Shown here: one piece after another, positions 51,963 to 60,939 of the stretch
Numbering within the stretch: position 1 is the first letter of the stretch
Layout of the letters: every line of letters starts with the position of its first letter
NCBI GenBank assembly: GCA_035400945.1
Contig: DAONAJ010000014.1
Location: forward strand, 4,740 to 68,739
DNA length: 64,000 nucleotides
Origin: Spirochaetota bacterium
GTDB taxonomy: Bacteria; Spirochaetota; UBA4802; UBA5550
Direction: 5' to 3'
Notes under the pieces: generated by a model
Told to the model about the DNA's origin: nothing
Database searches by the model: none
The model's input: only the letters and a program-made list of their open reading frames with translations
Translations under genes and position numbers: made by a program

Positions 51963-53925
51963 TAATCGACCGTATTGCCTCGTCCAGGCGGGACAGGTCG
52001 CCGGCGGCCGCCAGCACCCTGTTGTAGAGGCTGATAACTGCTTCTTTATGCAAGCCAAGCTGTGAGGACAGCAGAGCCGCGTCATTATCGGAAAGTTCCC
52101 TGATGGCGCCGCCATCCAGCCCCAATGCGACATAGAGGAGCTTGCATAACGCGATGAGCATATCCTCTCTTTTCTTTGTGATGATTTCCGCGTCAGCCAT
52201 GCTTTTCAGCATGGTCTGCTCCGACGCGTGGAGCCGGTTGGCGAAAATCTTGATGAGGCGCTGGGCAAACACCGGGTTGTTCTCGATAAGAACATCCAGG
52301 TTGTCCGCCTCGGCAACGGCAAGGAGGCACTCTGTACGGCACACGGCCGTCGCAAGCCGCGGCTGGTTGCCCACAATGGCCATCTCGCCGAAAATGTCCC
52401 CTTCCGACAGGGTTACCATGCGCACCTTCTCGCCGGTTTCAAGGGTCTTGATAATGTCCACTTTCCCCTTTCTGATGAGATAAAAGACCTTCCCCTCCTC
52501 GCCCTGTTCAAAGAGAACATGGCCCTTGCCGAAGCGCCACTCCTTCTGCATCACCGACACGGGCCTCACGAAGAGCTGCCTGATGCTTTTAAAGCCCGGC
52601 AGGTGCAGGTTGAAAAACAGCCCCCGAGTCACCCGGTACAGGTAGTACTTGATCAAAAACGCGCGGTAACCCCACGGCCGCTCCGTGAGGCGCACCAGGG
52701 TGCCGGAAAGCTGCTTCCGGTCATCGCGGCTGTCCCATATCACGGCCGCGGGCACCGGCGGCGACGAAAAGTTCGAGCAGGTAAAGGTCAGAGAACACCG
52801 TGTGCCGACCCTGATGGGGTCCACTGTTTTGAGGTAGCAGTTCCCCGCTGTGACATGGTATGTGGTGGTCCTGATGACCGAGTTATCCTTCTGTATATCG
52901 ACATCGATGATGATGGGGATCCGTATCATACTGTTTTGAAAATATTTCGGGTTCACCACGCCCACGAAGAAAAGGTTCAGGCAGTACAGCGCGGGGAGCA
53001 GGGTAAAAAGCATAACGGTCTCTTCAGCCGCCAGCCGGTACCGCAGCAGTCCCATGAGGGCGTCCCGATTGACGAAGCAGGCGGCGGCTGCGGCGATCAT
53101 GACGGTGATGACGGCCCCCCTCATCTTCCCGATGCTCAGCCTGAAGAAGGGCACATATTCGCGGTTCTTCGAACCCATGGAGCGGAGGATCCACCGGGCG
53201 TGCTGAGGCTCCCGCTGAATGGTTTGCCACTCCTCGATGGACATGTTGTGTTTCCGCAGCCCGTCCAGGAGGGGAAGCGTCTGCGACCTGGCGAGGAGGT
53301 ACTCCATCCCCATGATGAGCGTGACCAGAAGGGGCGCGATCCAGTAGGTCCCGGCGCCGCCGCTCATGAGCATCGTGTCATAGAGGCCGTGAAACAGGAG
53401 CGGCACGATGAACGCCCCCAGGGCATGGCGGAGTCGGTTACCGGGGGACCCGCTGAAGCGCATGAGGGCCAGACCGTATCCCATGAGGCCGCAGGTAAGG
53501 ACGTGGAGCGGCACCGAGCTGAAGAGCCGCACCACGATCACCGGTTCACGCACCGCCAGAGCGTACACGATGTTTTCCACCGTTGCGAAGCCGAGGCCCA
53601 GGAGCATCGCGGAAATCGTCATGTTCAGGACCATGAGCATCGGCGGCGTCCGGTAGGTGAGGACCAGGATGAAGATAAAGGCCCCGGCCTTCTCGATCAT
53701 GGCGGCGCTCAGGAATCCCCGGGCGAGGGTGCTCTGAAACACCAGATAGTTCATGAAAAAAGAACCGGCCAGCAGCAACAGGAGCGCGAGGATGGAGCCG
53801 TAAAGAAAATTTTCCAGGTGATAGAGGTAGCTTGGCTTGACCAGGAAATACCGGTAATAAAAGAAATAAATGACCGGGATCGGAAGAATGGCCAGCAGGA
53901 TAAGGAAAGGTGTCATCGATGGCAC
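51949..53925 (-). CDS. Fusion protein: PrsW-like polytopic membrane (protease) domain + PilZ-like beta-barrel region + cyclic-nucleotide-binding domain
   Basis: The N-terminal ~8 TM helices carry GLGFATVENIVY and FHGLYDT, similar to the PrsW-family FA..EN and H...D/N motifs. The middle region is RIPIIIDVDI...YHVTAGNCYLKT. The C-terminal part is FEQGEEGKVFYLIRKGKV...GDIFGEMA (cNMP-binding). Confidence 0.65.
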   Translation of the reverse strand: MPSMTPFLILLAILPIPVIYFFYYRYFLVKPSYLYHLENFLYGSILALLLLLAGSFFMNYLVFQSTLARGFLSAAMIEKAGAFIFILVLTYRTPPMLMVLNMTISAMLLGLGFATVENIVYALAVREPVIVVRLFSSVPLHVLTCGLMGYGLALMRFSGSPGNRLRHALGAFIVPLLFHGLYDTMLMSGGAGTYWIAPLLVTLIMGMEYLLARSQTLPLLDGLRKHNMSIEEWQTIQREPQHARWILRSMGSKNREYVPFFRLSIGKMRGAVITVMIAAAAACFVNRDALMGLLRYRLAAEETVMLFTLLPALYCLNLFFVGVVNPKYFQNSMIRIPIIIDVDIQKDNSVIRTTTYHVTAGNCYLKTVDPIRVGTRCSLTFTCSNFSSPPVPAAVIWDSRDDRKQLSGTLVRLTERPWGYRAFLIKYYLYRVTRGLFFNLHLPGFKSIRQLFVRPVSVMQKEWRFGKGHVLFEQGEEGKVFYLIRKGKVDIIKTLETGEKVRMVTLSEGDIFGEMAIVGNQPRLATAVCRTECLLAVAEADNLDVLIENNPVFAQRLIKIFANRLHASEQTMLKSMADAEIITKKREDMLIALCKLLYVALGLDGGAIRELSDNDAALLSSQLGLHKEAVISLYNRVLAAAGDLSRLDEAIRSIINES

Positions 53926-54425
53926 TGTATCACCGCATGTATCATGGCATTGCTACGGTTCTGATCCATGGTTCTATTATATATTGAAACCATCCGACCG
54001 CATTTTGATTTTCTTCATTGATAAAACCTCTTCAATACAATATTATCAAGCATTTTTTATCTCGTGTCATGGAGCAGGAATACATGAGGATATCCTCCCC
54101 CCCTTATCCCGCATTTATGGTTTTTCTTAAGGCCCCTTTCATTACGGCAACGTTCAATAAAAACTGGCACCCTGTATGATTTTCCCCCTTTATGAGTAAT
54201 GTATCACGACGCCACACTTTTATCATGTGAAAAATTGAACGCAACCCAGTTATTTGGATAAATGACCAAAAAATTAATTACCCGGGCATAATTAATTTCC
54301 TTTACAAATATCAGTGCGCTGAAAAAATCAGAATACGCGTATCAGTGGGGAATGCGGGAAGATACGACAGGCCCTCATACCCCACCGATGGGCAGCCAGA
54401 TTAATAATTTTTGGAGGATAGGTTC

Positions 54426-55715
54426 ATGAAAGATGTGGTAATCGTCAGCGGCTCACGAACTGCGATCGCGAAATTCGGCGGGGCCCTCAAGTCTGTCCCC
54501 GTAGTGGATCTCGGCGCACTGGTAATAAAAGACGTATTGAAAAAAGCGGGCCTCCGTCCCGTGGTCAGCGACGCAATGAAGGAAGCGGCGCCCGACAAGC
54601 TTAAGGATCAGGGCATGATCGACATCGAGAAGAAAGCCTATACCTGGGACAACTCCCTTGCCCCGATTACCGTGGACGAGGTCATCATGGGCAACGTCCT
54701 TCAGGCCGCCCAGGGCCAGAACACGGGCCGCCAGGCCATGATCAAGGCCGGCATCCCCAAGGAGACACCCGGCTTCACCATCAACAAGATCTGCGGATCA
54801 GGCCTCAAGGCGATAGCAGAAGGCGCCCAGGCCATCATGTCCGGCCAGGCGGATGTCGTCATCGCCGGCGGCCAGGAAAACATGACCCTGGCTCCCATGG
54901 CGCTGAAGGACGCCCGCTGGGGATACCGGATGGCCATTTCCGGCGTCGGGGAAGTTCACGACCTGATGGTCTTCGACGGCCTGTATGAAATATTCTACGG
55001 ATACCACATGGGCCTCACCGCTGAAAACATCGTCAAGCTCTACGGCATCAGCCGCAAGGAGCAGGACGAGCTGGGCGTTCTGTCCCACACCCGGGCGCGG
55101 AAAGCAATGAAAGAAGGGCTTTTTAAAGAAGAAATCGTGCCGGTGGTCCAGAAGGGACGCAAGGGCGACGATATATTCGCCGAGGACGAGCGGCCGATGG
55201 ACACAACCCTGGAAAAGATGATGGAAATGAAGCCGGCCTTCGTGAAGGACGGCACCGTCACAGCCGGCAACGCATCGGGCATTAACGACGCGGCGGCCGC
55301 TGTCCTCATGATGAGCGCCGACAAGGCCAAGGAACTGGGCCTGAAGCCGGTGCTCAAGATAAAGGCCTTCGCGGGCGGCGGCGTTGACCCGGCGTACATG
55401 GGCCTCGGCCCGGTTCCGGCCGTCAGGAAGGTGCTGAAACTGACCAAGATGTCCATCAAGGATCTGGAAATGATCGAGCTGAACGAAGCCTTCGCGGCCC
55501 AGGCCATCGGCTGCTTCCGCGAACTCGGACTGGACAACGAAAAGCCGAACCAGCTGGGAAGCGGCATTTCCCTGGGCCACCCGATCGGCTGCACCGGCGC
55601 CAGGATGATGGTAACGGCCATGCATCACATGAAGCGCAATAACATCGCTAACTGTCTCATCACCATGTGTATCGGCGGCGGCATGGGATTTGCCATGATT
55701 GTTGAAAAAGTGTAG
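54426..55715 (+). CDS. Acetyl-CoA acetyltransferase (thiolase)
   Basis: MKDVVIVSGSRTAIAKFGG, NKICGSGLKA (active-site Cys), NEAFAAQ and GHPIGCTGAR...CIGGGMG. ATG 54426 follows GGAGGA. Confidence 0.9.
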   Translation: MKDVVIVSGSRTAIAKFGGALKSVPVVDLGALVIKDVLKKAGLRPVVSDAMKEAAPDKLKDQGMIDIEKKAYTWDNSLAPITVDEVIMGNVLQAAQGQNTGRQAMIKAGIPKETPGFTINKICGSGLKAIAEGAQAIMSGQADVVIAGGQENMTLAPMALKDARWGYRMAISGVGEVHDLMVFDGLYEIFYGYHMGLTAENIVKLYGISRKEQDELGVLSHTRARKAMKEGLFKEEIVPVVQKGRKGDDIFAEDERPMDTTLEKMMEMKPAFVKDGTVTAGNASGINDAAAAVLMMSADKAKELGLKPVLKIKAFAGGGVDPAYMGLGPVPAVRKVLKLTKMSIKDLEMIELNEAFAAQAIGCFRELGLDNEKPNQLGSGISLGHPIGCTGARMMVTAMHHMKRNNIANCLITMCIGGGMGFAMIVEKV

Positions 55716-55734
55716 CGATACTGTTTATTACGAC

Positions 55735-55764
55735 AAAAGGCCATCCCCCGGGACGGCCTTTTTT
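55735..55764 (+). terminator. Rho-independent terminator after the thiolase gene
   Basis: AAAAGGCCATCCC-CCG-GGACGGCC hairpin followed by T6. Confidence 0.6.
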
Positions 55765-55825
55765 ATTTGTTGACAAAAAGATATTTTTTAACCAAAGTGA
55801 GCCATCACTCATTCAGGAGAATTTT

Positions 55826-56254
55826 ATGAAAAAAACGATGATCGCGCTTACCATGGTTGCATTTTGCATCATGCTGACAGTCACCCTGCTGGCCGCGTTT
55901 ACCGCTGATTCAGTCATCGGAACCTGGCTGGTGCCGAAGGGAGACGCCAAGGTTACCATTTACAAGTGCGGAGAAAAATTCTGCGGCAAGGTATCATGGC
56001 TCAAAACGCCGGAGGACCTCGACACCAAGAACCCCGATCCGGCCAAGCGGAAAAACAAGATCCTCGGCATGGACATGCTCTGGGGGTTCCATTTTGAAAA
56101 AGGCGAATGGGTCGGCGGCCAGATCTACGATCCTGATTCGGGAGACACCTACAAATGCAAAATGTATCTCAAGAGCGACGACAAGCTGAATGTCAGGGGC
56201 TACGTCGGCGTGCCGTTATTTGGAAGATCAGAAATTTGGACCAGAGTCAAATAA
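55826..56254 (+). CDS. DUF2147-family secreted protein
   Basis: Signal peptide. G.W.......V.IYKCGEKFCGKV.WL...D..NPD...R......G...L........W.GG.IYDPDSGDTYKCKMYL...D.L.VRGYVG is the DUF2147 pattern. Confidence 0.7.
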   Translation: MKKTMIALTMVAFCIMLTVTLLAAFTADSVIGTWLVPKGDAKVTIYKCGEKFCGKVSWLKTPEDLDTKNPDPAKRKNKILGMDMLWGFHFEKGEWVGGQIYDPDSGDTYKCKMYLKSDDKLNVRGYVGVPLFGRSEIWTRVK

Positions 56255-56411
56255 ACTTGACAACCTGTCAGTTTTTGCTAGTGTATCGTCCATAATTGTT
56301 TCATGACCTGGTGGGCAATGTCCTCTTTCCGTGCCGCAGGTGACGGGAATTATGGAACCATAGCGCTACAATTCAGGTCTAATCAGCAAAAATCAAACGG
56401 GAGGATCATCT

Positions 56412-56873
56412 ATGAAAAAATTTCTAACTATGCTCATGGTTTTACTGGTCACCGTGGTGTTTACCGGCGTCAAGGTAACGGCAGCAGAAAATCTCGCGGG
56501 GATATGGAAAACCATAGCTGATGAAGGTCCTGACAAGGGAAAGGCCAAATCCCATCTGCAGATCTACGAAGCAAATGGCGTATACAACGCAAAAGTCGTC
56601 AAGCTGCTGCTCAAGCCCCAGGATACCCTTTGCGACAAGTGCAAGGGAGCGCTGTACAATAAACCCGTTGTCGGCATGAATATCTTCTCCAACATGAAGA
56701 AAACCGGCAAGGTTGACAAGGATTTCGGCGAGGAATATGCCGGCGGCCAGATCATGGACCCGGACAACGGAAAATTTTATACCTGTAAAATCTGGATCAA
56801 GGGAGACACCCTGGTAGTCCGGGGTTACCTGGCCTTCTTCTATAGAACACAGAGATGGTACAGGGTCAAATAA
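56412..56873 (+). CDS. DUF2147-family secreted protein (paralog)
   Basis: Shows the same pattern: GIWKT..., CDKCKG, GGQIMDPDNGKFYTCKIWIKGDTLVVRGY. Confidence 0.7.
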   Translation: MKKFLTMLMVLLVTVVFTGVKVTAAENLAGIWKTIADEGPDKGKAKSHLQIYEANGVYNAKVVKLLLKPQDTLCDKCKGALYNKPVVGMNIFSNMKKTGKVDKDFGEEYAGGQIMDPDNGKFYTCKIWIKGDTLVVRGYLAFFYRTQRWYRVK

Positions 56874-56953
56874 CCCGTCAAAATTCAATTAACAAAAAGA
56901 GCATCCCGGCGGATGCTCTTTTTGTTTTGCCGCTGACGCAAGACCTGAGAGCT

Positions 56954-57748
56954 TCAGAATTTCATGCCTATCCCCATTCCGCCGGGGACGAGGGTAAAAA
57001 ATATCTCATTGTCATACCCGTCGCCGTAGCCGGTTTTCTCACCGCCTTTATATTTTGCTTCATAGCTTTTCAGGGCTTTTAGATTCTTCCTGGGCTGCGT
57101 GAAGATATTGAGCAGCGATACCGCCTCGCTCTCGCCGAAGGTGATCAGCCCGTCTGTCCAGGGGCGGTTGAAGGCCAGCACGGTCGTGAGGCCGGCGCCG
57201 ATATTAACGACGAGGTTCAGGACATGGGGCATCCACCCCCATCCGTCCGCTTCCACTTCCGCGCACTGCCGAAGAATGTCTTCCGCCTGCAGGAGTTTGG
57301 CCTGCCGCTCAGCCGCCGTATTCGCCGGCATGGACCGTAGCCTGTCAGGCAGATAGGCAGACTTGAACGGCGTTATGAGGAGCCCGCCGACGCCGAGAGC
57401 CGTTGTGCACCCCCCGATGAGCATGTCCTCGGCAAAGGCCCGGTTCCTGATTTTCCTGGTATAGAGCGGGTGGTGGTCATGGCGCCAGTCGTTCCAGTGG
57501 TGGCCCGCCAGCGTCCCCTGGACGATGGTTGCAGAGGCATAGATGGCCATCCAGCTGTACCACCATGCCTGAGCATGGGGCTGGGCGCTGTACAATGCGT
57601 TCTCGATATAATTGAGCCGCTCCGTTACCTGCGCGTCGGAAAGGGCCGCCGGCGCCGGCTGGGGTTTCTTCTGGGCAAAGGCCTGACCGGCCGAAGAGGC
57701 CATGATCATCAGGGCAACGATAAGACATAGAAAACGGTTGTTCCTCAT
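56954..57748 (-). CDS. Hypothetical secreted/envelope protein
   Basis: The start is trimmed to MRNNRFLCLIVALMIMASSAGQAFAQ (signal peptide). The protein ends in ...GIGMKF. No family recognised. Confidence 0.45.
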   Translation of the reverse strand: MRNNRFLCLIVALMIMASSAGQAFAQKKPQPAPAALSDAQVTERLNYIENALYSAQPHAQAWWYSWMAIYASATIVQGTLAGHHWNDWRHDHHPLYTRKIRNRAFAEDMLIGGCTTALGVGGLLITPFKSAYLPDRLRSMPANTAAERQAKLLQAEDILRQCAEVEADGWGWMPHVLNLVVNIGAGLTTVLAFNRPWTDGLITFGESEAVSLLNIFTQPRKNLKALKSYEAKYKGGEKTGYGDGYDNEIFFTLVPGGMGIGMKF

Positions 57749-57778
57749 ACATTCCTCCATCGGGATAGAATAATTATC

Positions 57779-58432
57779 TTACTTCATTGGCGCCAGTGCG
57801 CCGCGAATAAACCTCATGACTCCCTTGACGATTCTCTCGTCATTGTCAAGGGCATCGTGACCTGCGAAAATCTTCATCCGTTCCATAAAATATTTTGATG
57901 TGTACGAGTACTGCAGGACCAGGAGGAGATTGTCAAGGCAGAAGGACGCGATCCACTCATTGACATCATCTCCAACGAGCCCCTTTTTCTTCGCATCGGC
58001 GATAATGTGGCGGTAGTACCGGGCCGTGATTTCCTCCATTTTTTTCGACAGCCGCGCCGACATGTGGGATAGGCTCTGGGACGTGAGATCATGGTATATC
58101 TGGGTCAGTTCAGGATATTTCCGCGAATACTCCTGGGTCGCCCGGACCAGTTTTTCAATCTTGTCAAACACGGTGCCGGTCGAAAGGTCGATGGAGGAGA
58201 TGAGCTTCTCGAGGATCCGGAACCCCTCGTCGGCAATGGCCATATAGAGGTCGTCCTTGGAGGCAAAGTAATTGTAGAGTGACCCGATGCTGATGCCCGC
58301 TTTTTTTGCTATGTCATTGATGTTGGCGGCCACGAAGCCCTTGCCGGCAAACTCGTTTATGGCGACATTGAGGATCCTCTGGCGCTTATCCTCGGATATT
58401 TTTTCAAATGATTCTTTATGGAATTTTGTCAT
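57779..58432 (-). CDS. TetR/AcrR-family transcriptional regulator
   Basis: The start is trimmed to MTKFHKE. RQRILNVAINEFAGKGFVAANINDIAKKAGISIGSLYNYFASKDDL is a canonical TetR HTH. Confidence 0.85.
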   Translation of the reverse strand: MTKFHKESFEKISEDKRQRILNVAINEFAGKGFVAANINDIAKKAGISIGSLYNYFASKDDLYMAIADEGFRILEKLISSIDLSTGTVFDKIEKLVRATQEYSRKYPELTQIYHDLTSQSLSHMSARLSKKMEEITARYYRHIIADAKKKGLVGDDVNEWIASFCLDNLLLVLQYSYTSKYFMERMKIFAGHDALDNDERIVKGVMRFIRGALAPMK

Positions 58433-58691
58433 GACCTTCCACCTCTGGCACTGTTTAATACCAGCGTAATGAGTGAACAATCAATCAGTATAAAAGTCAA
58501 CTCATAAATAAAATTTAAACCCGGCATAGGGTTAATTTTTCTAAATTGCTTAATTTTTTTATGGCTTTCGAATCGCATCCTGATATACTTCATCTGCGGT
58601 AACAATCACTTATACCATAAACCATATAACTTGAATTGAGAAAACCACCTGCTTCTGGCAGGATACTATACCAGTACATATCGGGGGCCAG

Positions 58692-58991
58692 ATGAAACCA
58701 ATAAAAGTTGTATCTACCTTGCTGGTTTGTGTGCTGGGAATTACCATCATGATGGGATGCAGCAGCACGTATACGGGCAAGATCGCGGTCAAAGGCAATG
58801 AGCCCTTCACTTATCTGGCCCTGGTGACTGATAACGGCGACATGAAGATAACCGGCCCCCTTGAGAAGAAACTCAGGGAACATTTTCAGGGCAGGCGGGT
58901 CACGGTAAAAGGAACTATTGTGAAAGAAGGCAAAGGTTTCCTGTCATTGAGGGAACTTGAAGTGACCGAGATAGTGAATTCCGGGGAGTGA
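58692..58991 (+). CDS. Hypothetical lipoprotein
   Basis: MKPIKVVSTLLVCVLGITIMMGC lipobox. Confidence 0.5.
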   Translation: MKPIKVVSTLLVCVLGITIMMGCSSTYTGKIAVKGNEPFTYLALVTDNGDMKITGPLEKKLREHFQGRRVTVKGTIVKEGKGFLSLRELEVTEIVNSGE

Positions 58992-59002
58992 ACCGGGTAT
59001 AA

Positions 59003-59779
59003 TCACTTATTTAGATCATAGACAATCTTGATCCCCTTCATGGGAAGGAGAAGATCGACGATATTGGCATGATCAAGATGTTCCGCTACTTTCCCGGCAA
59101 AACCGCCGGTCAGGATTACTGAAAACCCCCGCCCGTATTCCTTCTCTATTTTTGCGATGATTCCTTCGGCAAGGGATACCCATCCGTGGAAAAAACCCGA
59201 CTTGAGGGCGTCGCTCGTGTTCTTGGCCACCACCCGGGCAGGCTTCTCAAAGGGCACCTCCGGGAGCTGCGAAGCGCGCAACGAAAGGGACTTAATTGCC
59301 GTGTCTATTCCCGGCGCGATGATGCCCCCGTCAAATACCTTTTCCTCCAGGAGCACGCAGAAGGTAACGGCCGTTCCGATGTCAACGACGATGGCCCCGC
59401 CCCCGTATTCATTAAACACGGCCGCGGCATTCACAATACGGTCCACGCCGAGCTGCCGCGGATCGTCATACCGTATGGTGAAATTAAGCCTGCTCGCGCA
59501 GGATATTTCGTGGGCGGACAGGCCGAGGTTTTTCCTCCCCATGGCATGATAGGCATGATTTATCTCCGGCACCACGCTTGAAAAGGCGAGTCCCTTTATA
59601 AAGTACGTGTCCGTGCCAATGCCGCAGCGGAACATCCCGTCCTGCACATGGCGGTACAACTCATCGGGAGCGGTATTCTTCACCGTCGGAAAACGGAAGG
59701 TGTACTCCGGGAATATCTGTTCCTCCGGGTACAATGCTGCTGTTGTGCTGGTGTTTCCTATATCAAAACCGAGAATCAC
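59003..59779 (-). CDS. coaX: Type III pantothenate kinase
   Basis: ILGFDIGNTSTT, VDIGTA.T and GGIIAPG are present, and the ~258-aa length fits. Confidence 0.85.
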   Translation of the reverse strand: MILGFDIGNTSTTAALYPEEQIFPEYTFRFPTVKNTAPDELYRHVQDGMFRCGIGTDTYFIKGLAFSSVVPEINHAYHAMGRKNLGLSAHEISCASRLNFTIRYDDPRQLGVDRIVNAAAVFNEYGGGAIVVDIGTAVTFCVLLEEKVFDGGIIAPGIDTAIKSLSLRASQLPEVPFEKPARVVAKNTSDALKSGFFHGWVSLAEGIIAKIEKEYGRGFSVILTGGFAGKVAEHLDHANIVDLLLPMKGIKIVYDLNK

Positions 59780-59831
59780 TCTTGTCCTCGATAGTCATGG
59801 TGCAGGATATAATGCGGAGCCATGCCCGGTA

Positions 59832-60938
59832 TCATCTCAACCGCTCCAGGGCGCCCTGCCGCTTGACAGCCCGGGGGAGGTATATCAGCCCCACCCTGTT
59901 CTTCGGATCGATAAGCAGGAGACGGTTCATGACATTGATGCATCCCCGGTAATCGCCCTTTTCATACAGTTCGATGCCCTGCTTTTCAAGGAGGGCGGTA
60001 TCCGCGGAAAGATGTTTGCGGATTTTTTCCTGCTCCTCCCGCGCGGCAGGAAGGTACTTGCCGGCGCTGTCCAGGACCGGCAGGGCCTCGTAATAGCGCT
60101 TGTCCTTTGCCAGTTTCATCCCTGTTTCATAATCGCCTTCGGCCTTCTTGATGCCTGCCAGCTGGTCCCGGGCTTCCCTGTTTGTGCTGTCCAGGGCGAG
60201 GGCTTTCGCGTAGTTGTCCTTTGCTTCATCGGTTTTGCCCTTCCGCAGGGCATTCCCGGCTAGGGTAAGGTACCAGTCTATTCGCGCGGCGGTATCGCCC
60301 GCCGGAACAACGCCGGTAACCTCTTCCTCGGGATTGAAGTTATATGAAATACCGCCGATAAAATTGACGCCGTGAAGAGGCTTTCCCGAAAGATACTGCA
60401 GGGAATACTCGGCCCCGGCCCGTATCATGAAACCGGACTTAATCGGGAAAAAGAATCCCGCCTTCGCCAGAAGGCCCGGCTTCAGGGATTTGACATTCTT
60501 GTGCGACCTGCTCGCGAAGAGGTGCACATAGGATCCCATGGCCGATGCCCCGAGATAAGCCTGGAAGTGGGGCACTATCGGGTAATAGAACAGCGGACCG
60601 GCAGCCAGCGAGACCGTCTCGAGATATGACCTGTCGCTCTCCTTCATGGGATAGCGTGAGTAAAACAGGTCCATCTCTCCCATCAGATACGGCACGATCC
60701 CCCGGTTGCCGTATGAGAAGGTGCCGCCCGCGGTATAGGAGCCCCTGAACCGGTTCTTATAATATCCCTCGATCAATGAATAGCCGGCCTTCGCGCCGAT
60801 GATGATGTCGCCCCGGGATTTCTGCCGGTCTTCGCCGCGGACGGGGTCCGCCCAAAGAACAACAATGGCCATAAGCGCGAAGGTCAGGATGACATGTATT
60901 CGTGCGTTACTCATGCATTTAATAAAAAATCCACTCAA
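59832..60938 (-). CDS. Putative outer-membrane beta-barrel domain fused to C-terminal TPR repeats
   Basis: Signal peptide. The N-terminal half alternates Gly/Tyr/Ser-rich strands (GAKAGYSL..., YTAGGTFSYG). The C-terminal half is TPR-like (NYAKALALDSTNREARDQLAGI, YEKGDYRGCINVMNRLLLIDPKN). The start may be M9. Confidence 0.55.
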   Translation of the reverse strand: MSGFFIKCMSNARIHVILTFALMAIVVLWADPVRGEDRQKSRGDIIIGAKAGYSLIEGYYKNRFRGSYTAGGTFSYGNRGIVPYLMGEMDLFYSRYPMKESDRSYLETVSLAAGPLFYYPIVPHFQAYLGASAMGSYVHLFASRSHKNVKSLKPGLLAKAGFFFPIKSGFMIRAGAEYSLQYLSGKPLHGVNFIGGISYNFNPEEEVTGVVPAGDTAARIDWYLTLAGNALRKGKTDEAKDNYAKALALDSTNREARDQLAGIKKAEGDYETGMKLAKDKRYYEALPVLDSAGKYLPAAREEQEKIRKHLSADTALLEKQGIELYEKGDYRGCINVMNRLLLIDPKNRVGLIYLPRAVKRQGALERLR

Positions 60939-60939
60939 A

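Noticed and set aside
54165-54180. Sigma-54-like TGGCAC-N5-ATGAT upstream of the thiolase gene
   Set aside because: The -12 element lacks the conserved GC dinucleotide (it reads GA), and the site is ~250 nt from the start codon.
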